A stretch of DNA of 63,370 nt, filler included, from a bacterium (lineage in GTDB: Bacteria; JACRDZ01; JAQUKH01): NCBI GenBank assembly GCA_028719205.1. It is 5 parts of 4 records of this genome, joined end to end, with 100 filler letters (N's around TTAATTAATTAA, not from the genome) between each part and the next. Parts side by side here need not be neighbours in the genome. Positions count along the whole stretch, not along the records: positions 5,638 to 18,472 come from JAQUKH010000004.1; positions 18,573 to 24,825 come from JAQUKH010000007.1; 3 more parts are not named here. One strand, written 5' to 3'. The notes beneath the pieces are model-generated. The model saw nothing but the letters and a program-made list of their open reading frames with translations, was not told where the DNA came from and made no database searches. Numbering within the stretch: the stretch's first letter is position 1; each line of letters begins with the position of its first letter. The position numbers were made by a program, and so were the translations under genes. Shown one piece after another: positions 9,178-18,894 of this stretch.

Positions 9178-9216
9178 ATTTTATATTAACTTTGAAAAAT
9201 TGAAAGGGGTAATTCT

Positions 9217-9558
9217 ATGGAAAATAAAGAAAATAACACTCCATCTACCGGTATTGGCATGTTGATCAGGATTTACTGGATGGTATTTGGTAATTTTATA
9301 AATATACTTATTGCTATTAATATTGTTGTAAAAAAGCATAATTCCATTATGCTTTTAAGTATATTTTATTTTATGAATATCATTGGCCTTATCATTTCAA
9401 GATATATAGATATTAAATATTTAAACGGCCAGACAACCGAATATGAACCCGCGACAATGAATCACTGGAAAAACTATTTAATTAAAACAACAGGAATTTA
9501 TCTGGGCTTATGGATAATTGTGTATTTTATGAAGGATTATGCATTCTTAAAAATATGA
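9217..9558 (+). CDS. Small 3-TM membrane protein of unknown function (copy 1)
   Basis: AAGGGG RBS; hydrophobic segments; motifs RIYWMVFG and RYIDIKYLNG.T.EYE.ATM.HW. Confidence 0.8.
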   Translation: MENKENNTPSTGIGMLIRIYWMVFGNFINILIAINIVVKKHNSIMLLSIFYFMNIIGLIISRYIDIKYLNGQTTEYEPATMNHWKNYLIKTTGIYLGLWIIVYFMKDYAFLKI

Positions 9559-9719
9559 TCTAATAAATAAACCATTAATTATGTAACAGCCATTTTCATA
9601 AAGGAATAATTTGAATATTTTAAAATGCCAAAAAAAATATCAGAAAGTATCGTGAATTATAGGGTGTAAGGCGACTTTATTATTTTATATCAATTTTAAA
9701 AAATTGAAAGGGGTAATTT

Positions 9720-10061
9720 ATGGGAAACAAACAAAATAATTCTACAGGTATTGGAATGTTGATTAGGTTTTACTGGATGGCATTTGGTAATTTTATTAAT
9801 ATGCTTTTAATTATTAATATTACTTTTAAAAAACAAAGTCCAATTATGCTATTAAGTATATTATACTTTATAAATACCATAGGCCTTATCATTTTACGGT
9901 ATATAGATATTAAATATTTAAATGGTTTAACATCAGAATATGAACATGCAACAATGGATCACTGGAAAATTTATTCGATTAAAGTTATAGTATTTTACCT
10001 GGTTTTATGGATAGTTGCATATCTTATGAAAGATTATACATTCCTATATGCAAAATCTTAA
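9720..10061 (+). CDS. Small 3-TM membrane protein of unknown function (copy 2, tandem paralog)
   Basis: Colinear and highly similar to 9217-9558, including the upstream RBS region. Confidence 0.8.
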   Translation: MGNKQNNSTGIGMLIRFYWMAFGNFINMLLIINITFKKQSPIMLLSILYFINTIGLIILRYIDIKYLNGLTSEYEHATMDHWKIYSIKVIVFYLVLWIVAYLMKDYTFLYAKS

Positions 10062-10143
10062 TAAATAATCCAAGAAAAAATGATTCCGAAATTCACGTGG
10101 AGAGATAAGCTTAATGCTGAAATTATTACGTTAAAATCTATTA

Positions 10144-10779
10144 CTATTTTCTTTTTTGTAATGTCTTTAGGATATCATCGTCAGTCAATAATCCTTGCTT
10201 TTCTGCAAAAGGCGATACACTTTCTCTTAATTGTCCGAATTTCTTAAGAGCTAAATTATGAATTATTGTTTCCAATTTTTTTACTTTTCCCAGCAAGTCC
10301 TTATCATCCCTGAATGAAATTTCTATTTTATACCCCTCTTCTTCAATGTTTGAGGGCAAGATTAGATCAAAACCTTCTCTTTTTAAAATATTTTTTTTCT
10401 CTTCCAGTTCCTTTTTAAAGGCCGACACTTGCGGATAGCGTTTTTCACGCAATCGGGAAATTAAAAATGTGCCTCGATCTGCTTCCTTTAAATTTTTCCC
10501 GATAATTTCTTTTTCTATTCCGGGAAGAAATTCATTTAAGGAAATATTATCCCGCTCTTTAATATCAACAGCCAATTTAATTAATTCCTGCTGTTTATTA
10601 ACTCCAAAATAGTATTTAATAATGGCCGCAAGCAAATACTCGCTTTCCTCAATCGGCAATTCCGCCAGCACCAAAACCGTCTTTAAGGATATTTCATCTC
10701 TTTCTAAACTGTTTATTATGGCCTCGGGCAAATTTTTCAGGCGGGGATATTTGGTTAAAATGGTTTCATTTATTATCAT
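10144..10779 (-). CDS. Hypothetical protein resembling the C-terminal half of ParB-like proteins
   Basis: Helical HTH-like N-terminal part and RLREKRYP...LILPSNIEE..YKIEISF; no ParB N-terminal domain. Confidence 0.45.
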   Translation of the reverse strand: MIINETILTKYPRLKNLPEAIINSLERDEISLKTVLVLAELPIEESEYLLAAIIKYYFGVNKQQELIKLAVDIKERDNISLNEFLPGIEKEIIGKNLKEADRGTFLISRLREKRYPQVSAFKKELEEKKNILKREGFDLILPSNIEEEGYKIEISFRDDKDLLGKVKKLETIIHNLALKKFGQLRESVSPFAEKQGLLTDDDILKTLQKRK

Positions 10780-10876
10780 AATATTATTATATTTTTTTAA
10801 TTGTGTATATCATAACAAAAATGAGGTAAAATAGAAATATATTTGATTTTGAGGTTGCTATGTGAGGAGAACCCTA

Positions 10877-12082
10877 ATGGATCAAGATAAAAAGTTTTTT
10901 GGATTTGGGAAAAATGTATTTGTATCCGGGGTTGTAAGTTTTTTTATGGATGTCAGCTCCGAGATGATATATCCCCTCGTCCCGCTGTTCCTCGCTAACA
11001 CACTCGGCGTAAATAAATCGGTGATCGGGCTCATCGAAGGTATTGCCGAATCAACCGCGAGCATCCTCAAGGTATTTTCCGGATGGTTATCAGATAAAAT
11101 AGGGACCCGGAAATGGCTTATGGTCGCGGGATACGGGATATCAACTCTCAGCAGGCCTGTTATGGCCCTCGCGTCAGGCTGGCACCAAGTGCTGGGAGCA
11201 AGGTTTATCGACCGTTTCGGCAAGGGTGTCCGCACCGCGCCAAGAGACGCGATCATTGTTGAATCATCCGATAAAAAATATTTCGGAAGGGCGTTTGGTT
11301 TTCAGCGCTCGCTCGATACAATGGGCGCGGCCACCGGCCCAATGCTTGCCTTTTTTCTCCTTGGAATTTTTTCAAATAACTATAGAATCATTTTCTGGTT
11401 CTCTATAATACCCGGTACTATCGCGATACTTCTGATAATATTTTTTATTACTGAAAAGAAAAAAATAATTATCCCGCATTCCGAAAGGATTAAAATTACA
11501 TTCGCGCATTTTGACTGGAGGTTCAAATTTTTTGTCCTTATCGCTACTCTATTCGCGCTTGGCAATTCAAGCGATGTATTTCTGATACTCAGGGCGCAGC
11601 AGACAGGAATTTCAACTGTCATGATCCCTATAGTTTATCTTTTGTTCAATATTATATACTCTATTTCATCCATCCCGGCGGGAATCGCCGCGGACAGGTT
11701 TGGAAAAAAGAGAGTTATTCTTCTTGCTTTTGTGTTATTCACAGTACTTTATTATGGATTCGCGGTTGCGAAAACCACATCCGATATCTGGATATTATTC
11801 GCTTTCTACGGGCTTTTCATGGGGATGACGGAGGGCATACAGAAGGCATTTCTCGCAACCATAATACCTCCTGATTTCAAGGCAACGGCGTTTGGCGTAT
11901 ACAATACCACCGTCGGGATCGCGATGCTGCCGGCAAGCCTTGCCGGCGGATGGTTATGGGACCATATCTCACCTTCAGCAACATTTTACTTCGGTGCAAT
12001 AACAGCGGGTTTGTCAACGGTATTATTCACAGTATTTATTTTTCTTATAAGAAAACATGATAGAACGCAAAAAAATATTTAA
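10877..12082 (+). CDS. MFS transporter
   Basis: About 12 TMs; FMDVSSEMIYP, GWLSDKIG.RK, DRFGKGVRTAPRDA, ADRFGKK. GAGGAG RBS before ATG 10877. Confidence 0.92.
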   Translation: MDQDKKFFGFGKNVFVSGVVSFFMDVSSEMIYPLVPLFLANTLGVNKSVIGLIEGIAESTASILKVFSGWLSDKIGTRKWLMVAGYGISTLSRPVMALASGWHQVLGARFIDRFGKGVRTAPRDAIIVESSDKKYFGRAFGFQRSLDTMGAATGPMLAFFLLGIFSNNYRIIFWFSIIPGTIAILLIIFFITEKKKIIIPHSERIKITFAHFDWRFKFFVLIATLFALGNSSDVFLILRAQQTGISTVMIPIVYLLFNIIYSISSIPAGIAADRFGKKRVILLAFVLFTVLYYGFAVAKTTSDIWILFAFYGLFMGMTEGIQKAFLATIIPPDFKATAFGVYNTTVGIAMLPASLAGGWLWDHISPSATFYFGAITAGLSTVLFTVFIFLIRKHDRTQKNI

Positions 12083-12094
12083 TTGGAGAAATTT

Positions 12095-12568
12095 ATGGCA
12101 ATAATCGGAAATATTGAAGAAATTAATAAAAATTACAAATTCAACAAATTAATTAAAACCGCTCTGGAGTATTTAAGTAAACTGGAAGAAACTGATTTTA
12201 AAAATATAAAATTAAATGATAAAGAAACAATAAAACTAAACGGCAGTAAAATATTCGCGATCAACAGTGTTTATAAAACTAAAAATCACTCTGAACAAAA
12301 ATTTGAAGGACACAGGAAATACATCGACCTGCAATTTGTATTTTCCGGCGAGGAAAATATAAAAATATCTTCAATTAAAAATTGTATTGATATTTCAGAG
12401 TATGATCCTGAAAAAGATGTTCAATTTTTTGATGTCAGGTCTTATTCGACATTATTAATGAAAAGCGGCATGATAGCGATTTTTTATCCGGAAGATATAC
12501 ACGCCCCTGGTTTAGATAGCAAAAATATAAGCCTTATAAAAAAATCTGTTATAAAAGTCATGATTTAG
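12095..12568 (+). CDS. YhcH/YjgK/YiaL (DUF386) family protein
   Basis: FEGHRKYIDLQ...GEE.I, YDPEKDVQF, AIFYPEDIHAP. Confidence 0.9.
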   Translation: MAIIGNIEEINKNYKFNKLIKTALEYLSKLEETDFKNIKLNDKETIKLNGSKIFAINSVYKTKNHSEQKFEGHRKYIDLQFVFSGEENIKISSIKNCIDISEYDPEKDVQFFDVRSYSTLLMKSGMIAIFYPEDIHAPGLDSKNISLIKKSVIKVMI

Positions 12569-13212
12569 ATGTAAATATTTTTCCCATATAAGTAAAAAAC
12601 AATATCTTTTCCAATATACGGTTTTAAATAAGTCCGTTTGCTTTGAAAAAGTATTGTAAAACCGGCCTTCTCAAAAAAGTTTTTCGATTTTTCAGAAATT
12701 GTTCCGAAATGTACTCCCCGGACGCCTTCTTTTTTTAAGAAATCCAAATAATTCAAAATAAGCAGGCTGCCTATCCCATTATTTCTGAAATTTTTATGGA
12801 TATTTATATGAAAAACAGCGGGATAACCGGATAAATTTAAAGGAACATAAAATTCACCTTTTAAAAACTTTTGCAAAAAATAAAATAAAAATTTAATATT
12901 TTTCGATCGCAATAAAACACCCCTTTTTATCGCCTTTAAGATCAAATCCGGTAAAATTTTACGATCCACGGTCTTTTTCATTGATTCCGCGTTTTTTGAA
13001 CCAATAATATATCCGACTACCCTATTGTCTGTTTCCGCGACAAACGCGGCCCCTGGTTCATGATCAGTAAAATATGAGGTTAATGCGTCCGCTAAAATTT
13101 CATCATCATCAAATATATTTTCCCGTGGAAATTCCAAAAACGCGGTCTCACAGCTTATTTCCCTGACCGCGTTTCTATCTCTATTTTCAAATGGCCTTAT
13201 TATAAAATTCAT
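12565..13212 (-). CDS. GNAT family N-acetyltransferase
   Basis: IRPF...DR..VREI, FVAE...VVGYI, YPAVFHINI...FRNNGIGS.L, FFEKAGF. Confidence 0.85.
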   Translation of the reverse strand: MNFIIRPFENRDRNAVREISCETAFLEFPRENIFDDDEILADALTSYFTDHEPGAAFVAETDNRVVGYIIGSKNAESMKKTVDRKILPDLILKAIKRGVLLRSKNIKFLFYFLQKFLKGEFYVPLNLSGYPAVFHINIHKNFRNNGIGSLLILNYLDFLKKEGVRGVHFGTISEKSKNFFEKAGFTILFQSKRTYLKPYIGKDIVFYLYGKNIYI

Positions 13213-14609
13213 TTTTCTATTTTAATTACTTTCCATGATACCCAATCTAAAGGAACCGCCAAAGTGGAAGTATGGACACTTGTAAGTATTCGGTCCGGAT
13301 CGCCCATAACCTTTAACGGAACGCTTATTGTTATCTCTCTTGTTCCGCGCTTGATTTCAATAATATCGATCGGCAGATGCTTATCCTGGTCATAAATTTC
13401 ATGCCCAACTGAATTAAATTTAATATGCAATTTAGGCATTTTTGAAAAAGGAATATCTTCGCGGTAGCCAAACGCGAAAAGAGAAACTCCGATCACTTCG
13501 CCCATCGGTTTAGAGAGTTTTAGAGAAAATATTAAGTTATCTTTTTCTAAACGCACATACTCTCCTTCTATTCCGACAAATAACGCTTTTTCTTCATCCA
13601 AAAGCTCTTCCGGAAATTCCTGCAGATCATTTTCTTTCTTTACCTCGATCGCGTAGGGAGAAGCTTCCTTTTGTTTTAACCTGATCTCAGGGAAATCCCC
13701 GAATAATTCATTTTTACGGATAAACGAAAGTAAATATTTTGAACTGTATCCAAATTGAGTATGGTGTTTCATAATAGCATCGTGTTTCGCTTTAACCTCT
13801 TTTTGATCTAATTCCGGTTCAAACCAGATAATTTTTTGCGTAAAAAACTCCGGCGGGATAAGTTGATTATCAGGACAATATCCTCTGGATTTTGGCCATT
13901 TTTTAAAATGAATTAAATAAGGATATAAAACAGCCTTTATTTCTTTTTCCAGATCCCATAAAGCGACACGGGTAAAAAGATATAATGAACGGTGGTCCGG
14001 ATTATGGTCAGACGGATGGGGAAGATAGATCTGCGTGGGTTTAAAATCAAGTATTATAGTTTTCAGATCCTTCAAGATCTCATCAGCCTTATAAGGCGTA
14101 CCCGGACGGAACGCGTTCTGGTAAGGAACTTTATTTACCCGCGTGAACATGCTTTCCGCAGGGAGGCTATCACCCCAGTGTTTATACCATATTTCAAGAG
14201 TACGAAAATCAGGATATCCTAAAAATATCATTTCATCCGTGGAAACACCTAAAATTTTAGCAGCTTCAATTGCTTCATCATGCCGCATCAATCCCATTGA
14301 TTGGACGGCTTTTGGCCCCAAAACCGGATGTTTTCGATATAGCATAAAAGACCATTCATTATTATCTCCATACGTCAGAAAAACTACTTTAACCGGTATG
14401 TTTTGTTTTTTTGCCTTTTGAATAATACCGCCGCACCCTAATACTTCATCATCCGGATGAGGCGCAAGAATAAGAATACGGTCGCCGGAATTAAATTGTA
14501 TATTTTTAGTTTCAAACGCATTTACTATTTTAATAAAATAAATGTTTAACGCGGTAAGACAAAATACTGTAATTAATATTTTTAAAAATATACTTTTTTT
14601 GTTTTTCAT
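13209..14609 (-). CDS. PIG-L/LmbE family deacetylase with N-terminal signal or anchor
   Basis: LAPHPDDE.LG, FLGYPD, HPSDHNPDH. Confidence 0.88.
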   Translation of the reverse strand: MKNKKSIFLKILITVFCLTALNIYFIKIVNAFETKNIQFNSGDRILILAPHPDDEVLGCGGIIQKAKKQNIPVKVVFLTYGDNNEWSFMLYRKHPVLGPKAVQSMGLMRHDEAIEAAKILGVSTDEMIFLGYPDFRTLEIWYKHWGDSLPAESMFTRVNKVPYQNAFRPGTPYKADEILKDLKTIILDFKPTQIYLPHPSDHNPDHRSLYLFTRVALWDLEKEIKAVLYPYLIHFKKWPKSRGYCPDNQLIPPEFFTQKIIWFEPELDQKEVKAKHDAIMKHHTQFGYSSKYLLSFIRKNELFGDFPEIRLKQKEASPYAIEVKKENDLQEFPEELLDEEKALFVGIEGEYVRLEKDNLIFSLKLSKPMGEVIGVSLFAFGYREDIPFSKMPKLHIKFNSVGHEIYDQDKHLPIDIIEIKRGTREITISVPLKVMGDPDRILTSVHTSTLAVPLDWVSWKVIKIEK

Positions 14610-14642
14610 AAAATTCAAATGCTTATATGATTACAATACCAC

Positions 14643-15593
14643 TTAGAACAAAATCGGATCTATATCTTTCATTTTTCTCTTATCTTTTTTAGAAATGCTG
14701 CCTTTTATAAAAGTTTTTCTGTAATCGGAAGGAGTTATGTTAAACGCCTTTTTAAAGCACGCGGAAAAATATGAGGAGGAACCAAAACCACAGTCAAGGG
14801 CGATCTCTGTGATGGACTTATTCGATGCTTTTAATAAATTTTTAATTATCTTCATCCTGACTTTATTTAAATAGTCCTGAGGAGCCTGCCCGATCTCTTT
14901 TTTAAAAACACGAAAAAAATGCGAGGGAGACATACAGGCGACCTTCGCGAGTTTCTCAACCGTGATCTTTTTATCAAGATTTGAATATAAATATTCAATT
15001 GCCTTATCGATTTCCAGACGGTTTGATATCCTGTCAAACTCCGGAGCAAAATTAAATATGCCCCTTATCATTGAATGGCATATTTCCAGATTCAGGGCAT
15101 GTAAAATTATTTCTGAGCCCTGCATTTTATTATCAGATTCTATCATAAATTTTCTTAAAAGCGGCAAAAGCTGCTGATTTACAGGATAAAATTCACCTGT
15201 GAATTTAATATTTTGTTTTACCTTATACATGGCAAGCTGCCTTTTAAAAAAGTATTTATTTACAAAAATAGCAATATAGCGAGGAGGGAACTCTGAAGGA
15301 AGTTCATGATGAGGAATATCAGGTGAAAGGCAGAATAGCTTCCCGGAAACCGATGAAATTATTTTGCCGTAAATTTTAAATTTTGTTTCATCATTAAAAG
15401 AAATAACAAACATATACGACGGATAGCTGTGTTCCAAAGATAAAGAATAAAAACACGCCCCTCCCACCGGCGTAAACAACCCGATATTTTTAGTAACAAA
15501 ACAATCAACATATCGGAGTTGTTCCTCAATAATCGGGCCAACCAGGCCGCGGACTTGTTTAAGAATTTCTTCATTTTTTATATTTTGCGCCAC
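14643..15593 (-). CDS. AraC family transcriptional regulator
   Basis: LAKVACMSPSHFFRVFKK and SITEIALDCGFGSSSYFSACFKK..ITPSDYRK. GTG start. Confidence 0.92.
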   Translation of the reverse strand: MAQNIKNEEILKQVRGLVGPIIEEQLRYVDCFVTKNIGLFTPVGGACFYSLSLEHSYPSYMFVISFNDETKFKIYGKIISSVSGKLFCLSPDIPHHELPSEFPPRYIAIFVNKYFFKRQLAMYKVKQNIKFTGEFYPVNQQLLPLLRKFMIESDNKMQGSEIILHALNLEICHSMIRGIFNFAPEFDRISNRLEIDKAIEYLYSNLDKKITVEKLAKVACMSPSHFFRVFKKEIGQAPQDYLNKVRMKIIKNLLKASNKSITEIALDCGFGSSSYFSACFKKAFNITPSDYRKTFIKGSISKKDKRKMKDIDPILF

Positions 15594-15729
15594 ATTTACC
15601 CCGTAAAATTTATTTTTCCGTATAAATTATAAACAAAACTTAAAAGGATATATTAACCTATTTTATTGACAATTCAATTAAAATAATTTAATATTCTACT
15701 ATATACTATTATTAAGAATAGGAGGCCAT

Positions 15730-16062
15730 ATGGCAAATGAAGGTGTAATTGTTTTAACAGACGCGAATTTCCAGGAAGAAGTTATTAAGTCATCTCTGCC
15801 TGTTTTTGTAGATTTTTGGGCAGTGTGGTGCGGGCCTTGCAAAATGATGGCAGCTGTTGTTGATGAACTTGCTAAAGAATATGCGGGACAAATTAAGATC
15901 TGTCAATTAAACGTCGATGAAAATCCGGCTACCGCAGGACAATACAAAATTATGAGTATCCCCAGTTTCCTGTTCTTCAAAGACGGTAAAGTAAAAGACC
16001 AGTTAATAGGCGCGGTACCTAAACAGAAACTAAAAGCTAAAGTTGCCGAATTCTTAGTCTAA
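15730..16062 (+). CDS. trxA: Thioredoxin
   Basis: [25 protein letters not shown]. Confidence 0.95.
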   Translation: MANEGVIVLTDANFQEEVIKSSLPVFVDFWAVWCGPCKMMAAVVDELAKEYAGQIKICQLNVDENPATAGQYKIMSIPSFLFFKDGKVKDQLIGAVPKQKLKAKVAEFLV

Positions 16063-18472
16063 ACTTGTTCCTCTTCCGCATTCTCGTCTGACGCGCTTTC
16101 CTGAATACAGGCGATACTCTGTACTTTGTCGCCTTCTTCAAGCCTGATCAAACGGACGCCCTGAGTATTCCGGCTTATTGAGTTTATTCCTTCAACCGGC
16201 ATTCTTATAATAAGGCCGTGTGATGTAATGATCATTAACTCATTTGTATCACAAGCCTCTTTTACGCCCACTACATTCCCGTTCCTGGCTGTCGGCTTAA
16301 TATTTATTACACCCTTGCCCCCGCGATTTGTCAGGCGGTATTCCTCTATATCAGTCCGCTTGCCATAACCATTCTCAGTAACGGTAAGGAGAGTCATCTT
16401 CGGCCTTGCCACCAGAGCGCTTACAACAAAATCGCCTTTTGACAAAGAAACCCCGCGGACACCATGAGCCGAACGGCCCATCGCTCTGGCCTTTTCTTCA
16501 TTAAACCTGACTGCTTTTCCGAATTTTGTCGCAATCACCAGCTCGTCTTTACCGGTTGTCTGGAATACCTCAATTAATTCATCGTCTTTATCCAAAGTAA
16601 TAGCTATAATGCCGCCCTGCCGAGGATTGCTGTAAGCGTCAAGATTTGTCTTTTTAATAGTACCATCCCTGGTAACCATTACAAGAAACTTCTCAGATGT
16701 GAATTCTTTTACAGGAACAAAAGCCGTTACCATTTCGCCCGGACTTAAATTCAACATATTAATAATAGCTTTGCCTTTCGCGGTCCGGCCGGCCTGCGGG
16801 ATCTCATGAACCTTTATCCAGTGGATCTTCCCGGTATTCGTGAAAAATAAAATATAATGATGGGTTGAGGCAATAAAAAGATGTTCCACGAAATCCTCTT
16901 CCTTTGTAAGCATCCCTGTTTTTCCCCTGCCGCCGCGCCGCTGTTTTGTAAAACCTGAAACCGGCTGGCGTTTTATATAACCTGTATGGCTGATCGTGAT
17001 CGCCATATCTTCTTCCGCTATCAGGTCCTCGATCGTAAAATCGCCTTCTTCTTCAATGATCTCAGTCCGGCGTTCATCGCCGAATTTTTTATCGATCTCC
17101 AAAAGCTCTTCTTTAATAATTTCCTTAACTTTCGCTTCGCTTGAAAGGATCAATTTATAGTAAGCGATCTTTTTAATTATTTCAAGATATTCCGCCTCGA
17201 GCTTTTCTATTTCTAACGCTGTCAGCCTCTGCAGTTTCATATCCAGAATTGCTAATGACTGAATCTCCGAAAGCGAGAATTTTTTCATTAAATTGAATTT
17301 CGCGGCTTCAGGGCTTTCACTCTTCTTAATAGTTTTAATCACTTCATCAAGATTAGCCAGCGCGATCTTTAAACCCTCGATAATATGCGCCCGGGCTTCA
17401 GCCTTGGCCAATTCAAATTTAGTCCTTCTGATAATGATCTCTTTGCGGTGATTTATATAATGAATAATTATCTCTTTGACACTCAAAACTAACGGATTTT
17501 TATCCACTATAGCGAGGAAGATTATTCCGAATGTGGTCCTCATCGCGGTGTGTTTGTAAAGCTGGTTTAAAACTACATGGGATACCTCTCCCCGTTTAAG
17601 TTCTATTACAATACGCATACCGTCGCGGTCGGATTCATCGCGGACATCGGAAATTCCTTCGATCTTTTTGTCATTAACAAGCTGAGCGATATTTTCAATA
17701 AGCCGCGCTTTGTTGACCTGGTATGGAATTTCCGTAATAATAATTTTTTCTTTATCATTTTTAAGCTGTTCAATATTCGCTTTTGCCCGGAGCGTGATCT
17801 TTCCGCGCCCGGTTTCATAAGCCTCTTTAATACCCGCGCGGCCTACGATAAATCCTCCTGTCGGAAAATCCGGGCCGGGCATAACTTTCATGATCTCTTT
17901 TACTGTAACATCCGAATCTTCAAGAACCTTGATAATCGCCTTTATTACCTCGGACATATTATGAGGAGGGATATTTGTCGCCATACCTACGGCGATACCT
18001 GATGAACCGTTGACCAGAAGGTTCGGTATCTTCGCGGGCAAAACAACCGGTTCAGTCATAGACTCATCGTAATTTGGTATGAAATCAACGGTTTCTTTAT
18101 CAATATCCGCGAGCATTTCTTCGCTGTATGTCGCCATTCGTATTTCTGTATAACGCATCGCTGCCGCTGAATCACCGTCTACAGACCCGAAATTTCCCTG
18201 CCCGTCGATCAAAGTATAACGCATGGAAAAAGTCTGGACCATACGGACTATACTTTCATATACAGCCATATCTCCATGCGGATGGTATTTACCTAAAACA
18301 TCTCCAACGACCCTCGCGCTTTTTTTGTACGGTTTACTATGAACGATCCCCGCCTCATTCATTGAATGCAGGATCCTGCGATGCACCGGTTTTAAACCAT
18401 CACGAACATCCGGCAGGGCTCTTCCTATAATAACGCTCATAGCGTAATCGATATACGAACTACGCATTTCAT
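16059..18472 (-). CDS. gyrA: DNA gyrase subunit A, 5' truncated by contig end
   Basis: [29 protein letters not shown] (catalytic Tyr), GyrA-box QRRGGRG, beta-pinwheel repeats. Confidence 0.98.
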
Positions 18473-18572
18473 NNNNNNNNNNNNNNNNNNNNNNNNNNNN
18501 NNNNNNNNNNNNNNNNTTAATTAATTAANNNNNNNNNNNNNNNNNNNNNNNNNNNNNNNNNNNNNNNNNNNN
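18473..18572. other. Artificial contig spacer
   Basis: N-TTAATTAATTAA-N, 100 bp. Confidence 0.98.
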
Positions 18573-18894
18573 GAATGTAATAAACGTCACATCCTCCAAT
18601 AGTTAACTCCTTAGCGATCTCTTCTTTTAATTCTTTTGAAACTCGCTCATCAGAATCTAATGACAAGATCCATTTATTCCTGCTTTTTGATATAGCAATA
18701 TTTTTCTGTGCTAGCCACCCTGGCCAGGGATTAATAAAGATCTTGTGAGTATATTCGCTTCAAATAGCCAATTTTTTATCCGTACTCTCGCCATCAACAA
18801 TTATAATTTCATCCGCCCATTTCGCGCTCTCCAGCGCGCCGCGTATCTTTTTTTCTTCATTAGTGCATATTATTGTTACAGTAACTTTTTCCAT
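18573..18894 (-). pseudogene. GT2 glycosyltransferase (LPS beta-1,4-glucosyltransferase-like), in-frame TGA at codon 45, 3' truncated
   Basis: MEKVTVTIICTNEEKKIRGALESAKWADEIIIVDGESTDKKLAI*SEYTHKIFINPWPGWLAQKNIAI...WILSLDSDE. Confidence 0.7.

Noticed and set aside
18760-18762. TGA recoding (genetic code 4/25 or selenocysteine)
   Set aside because: Many genes here terminate at TGA and this is a single case near a contig end. No SECIS was recognised.
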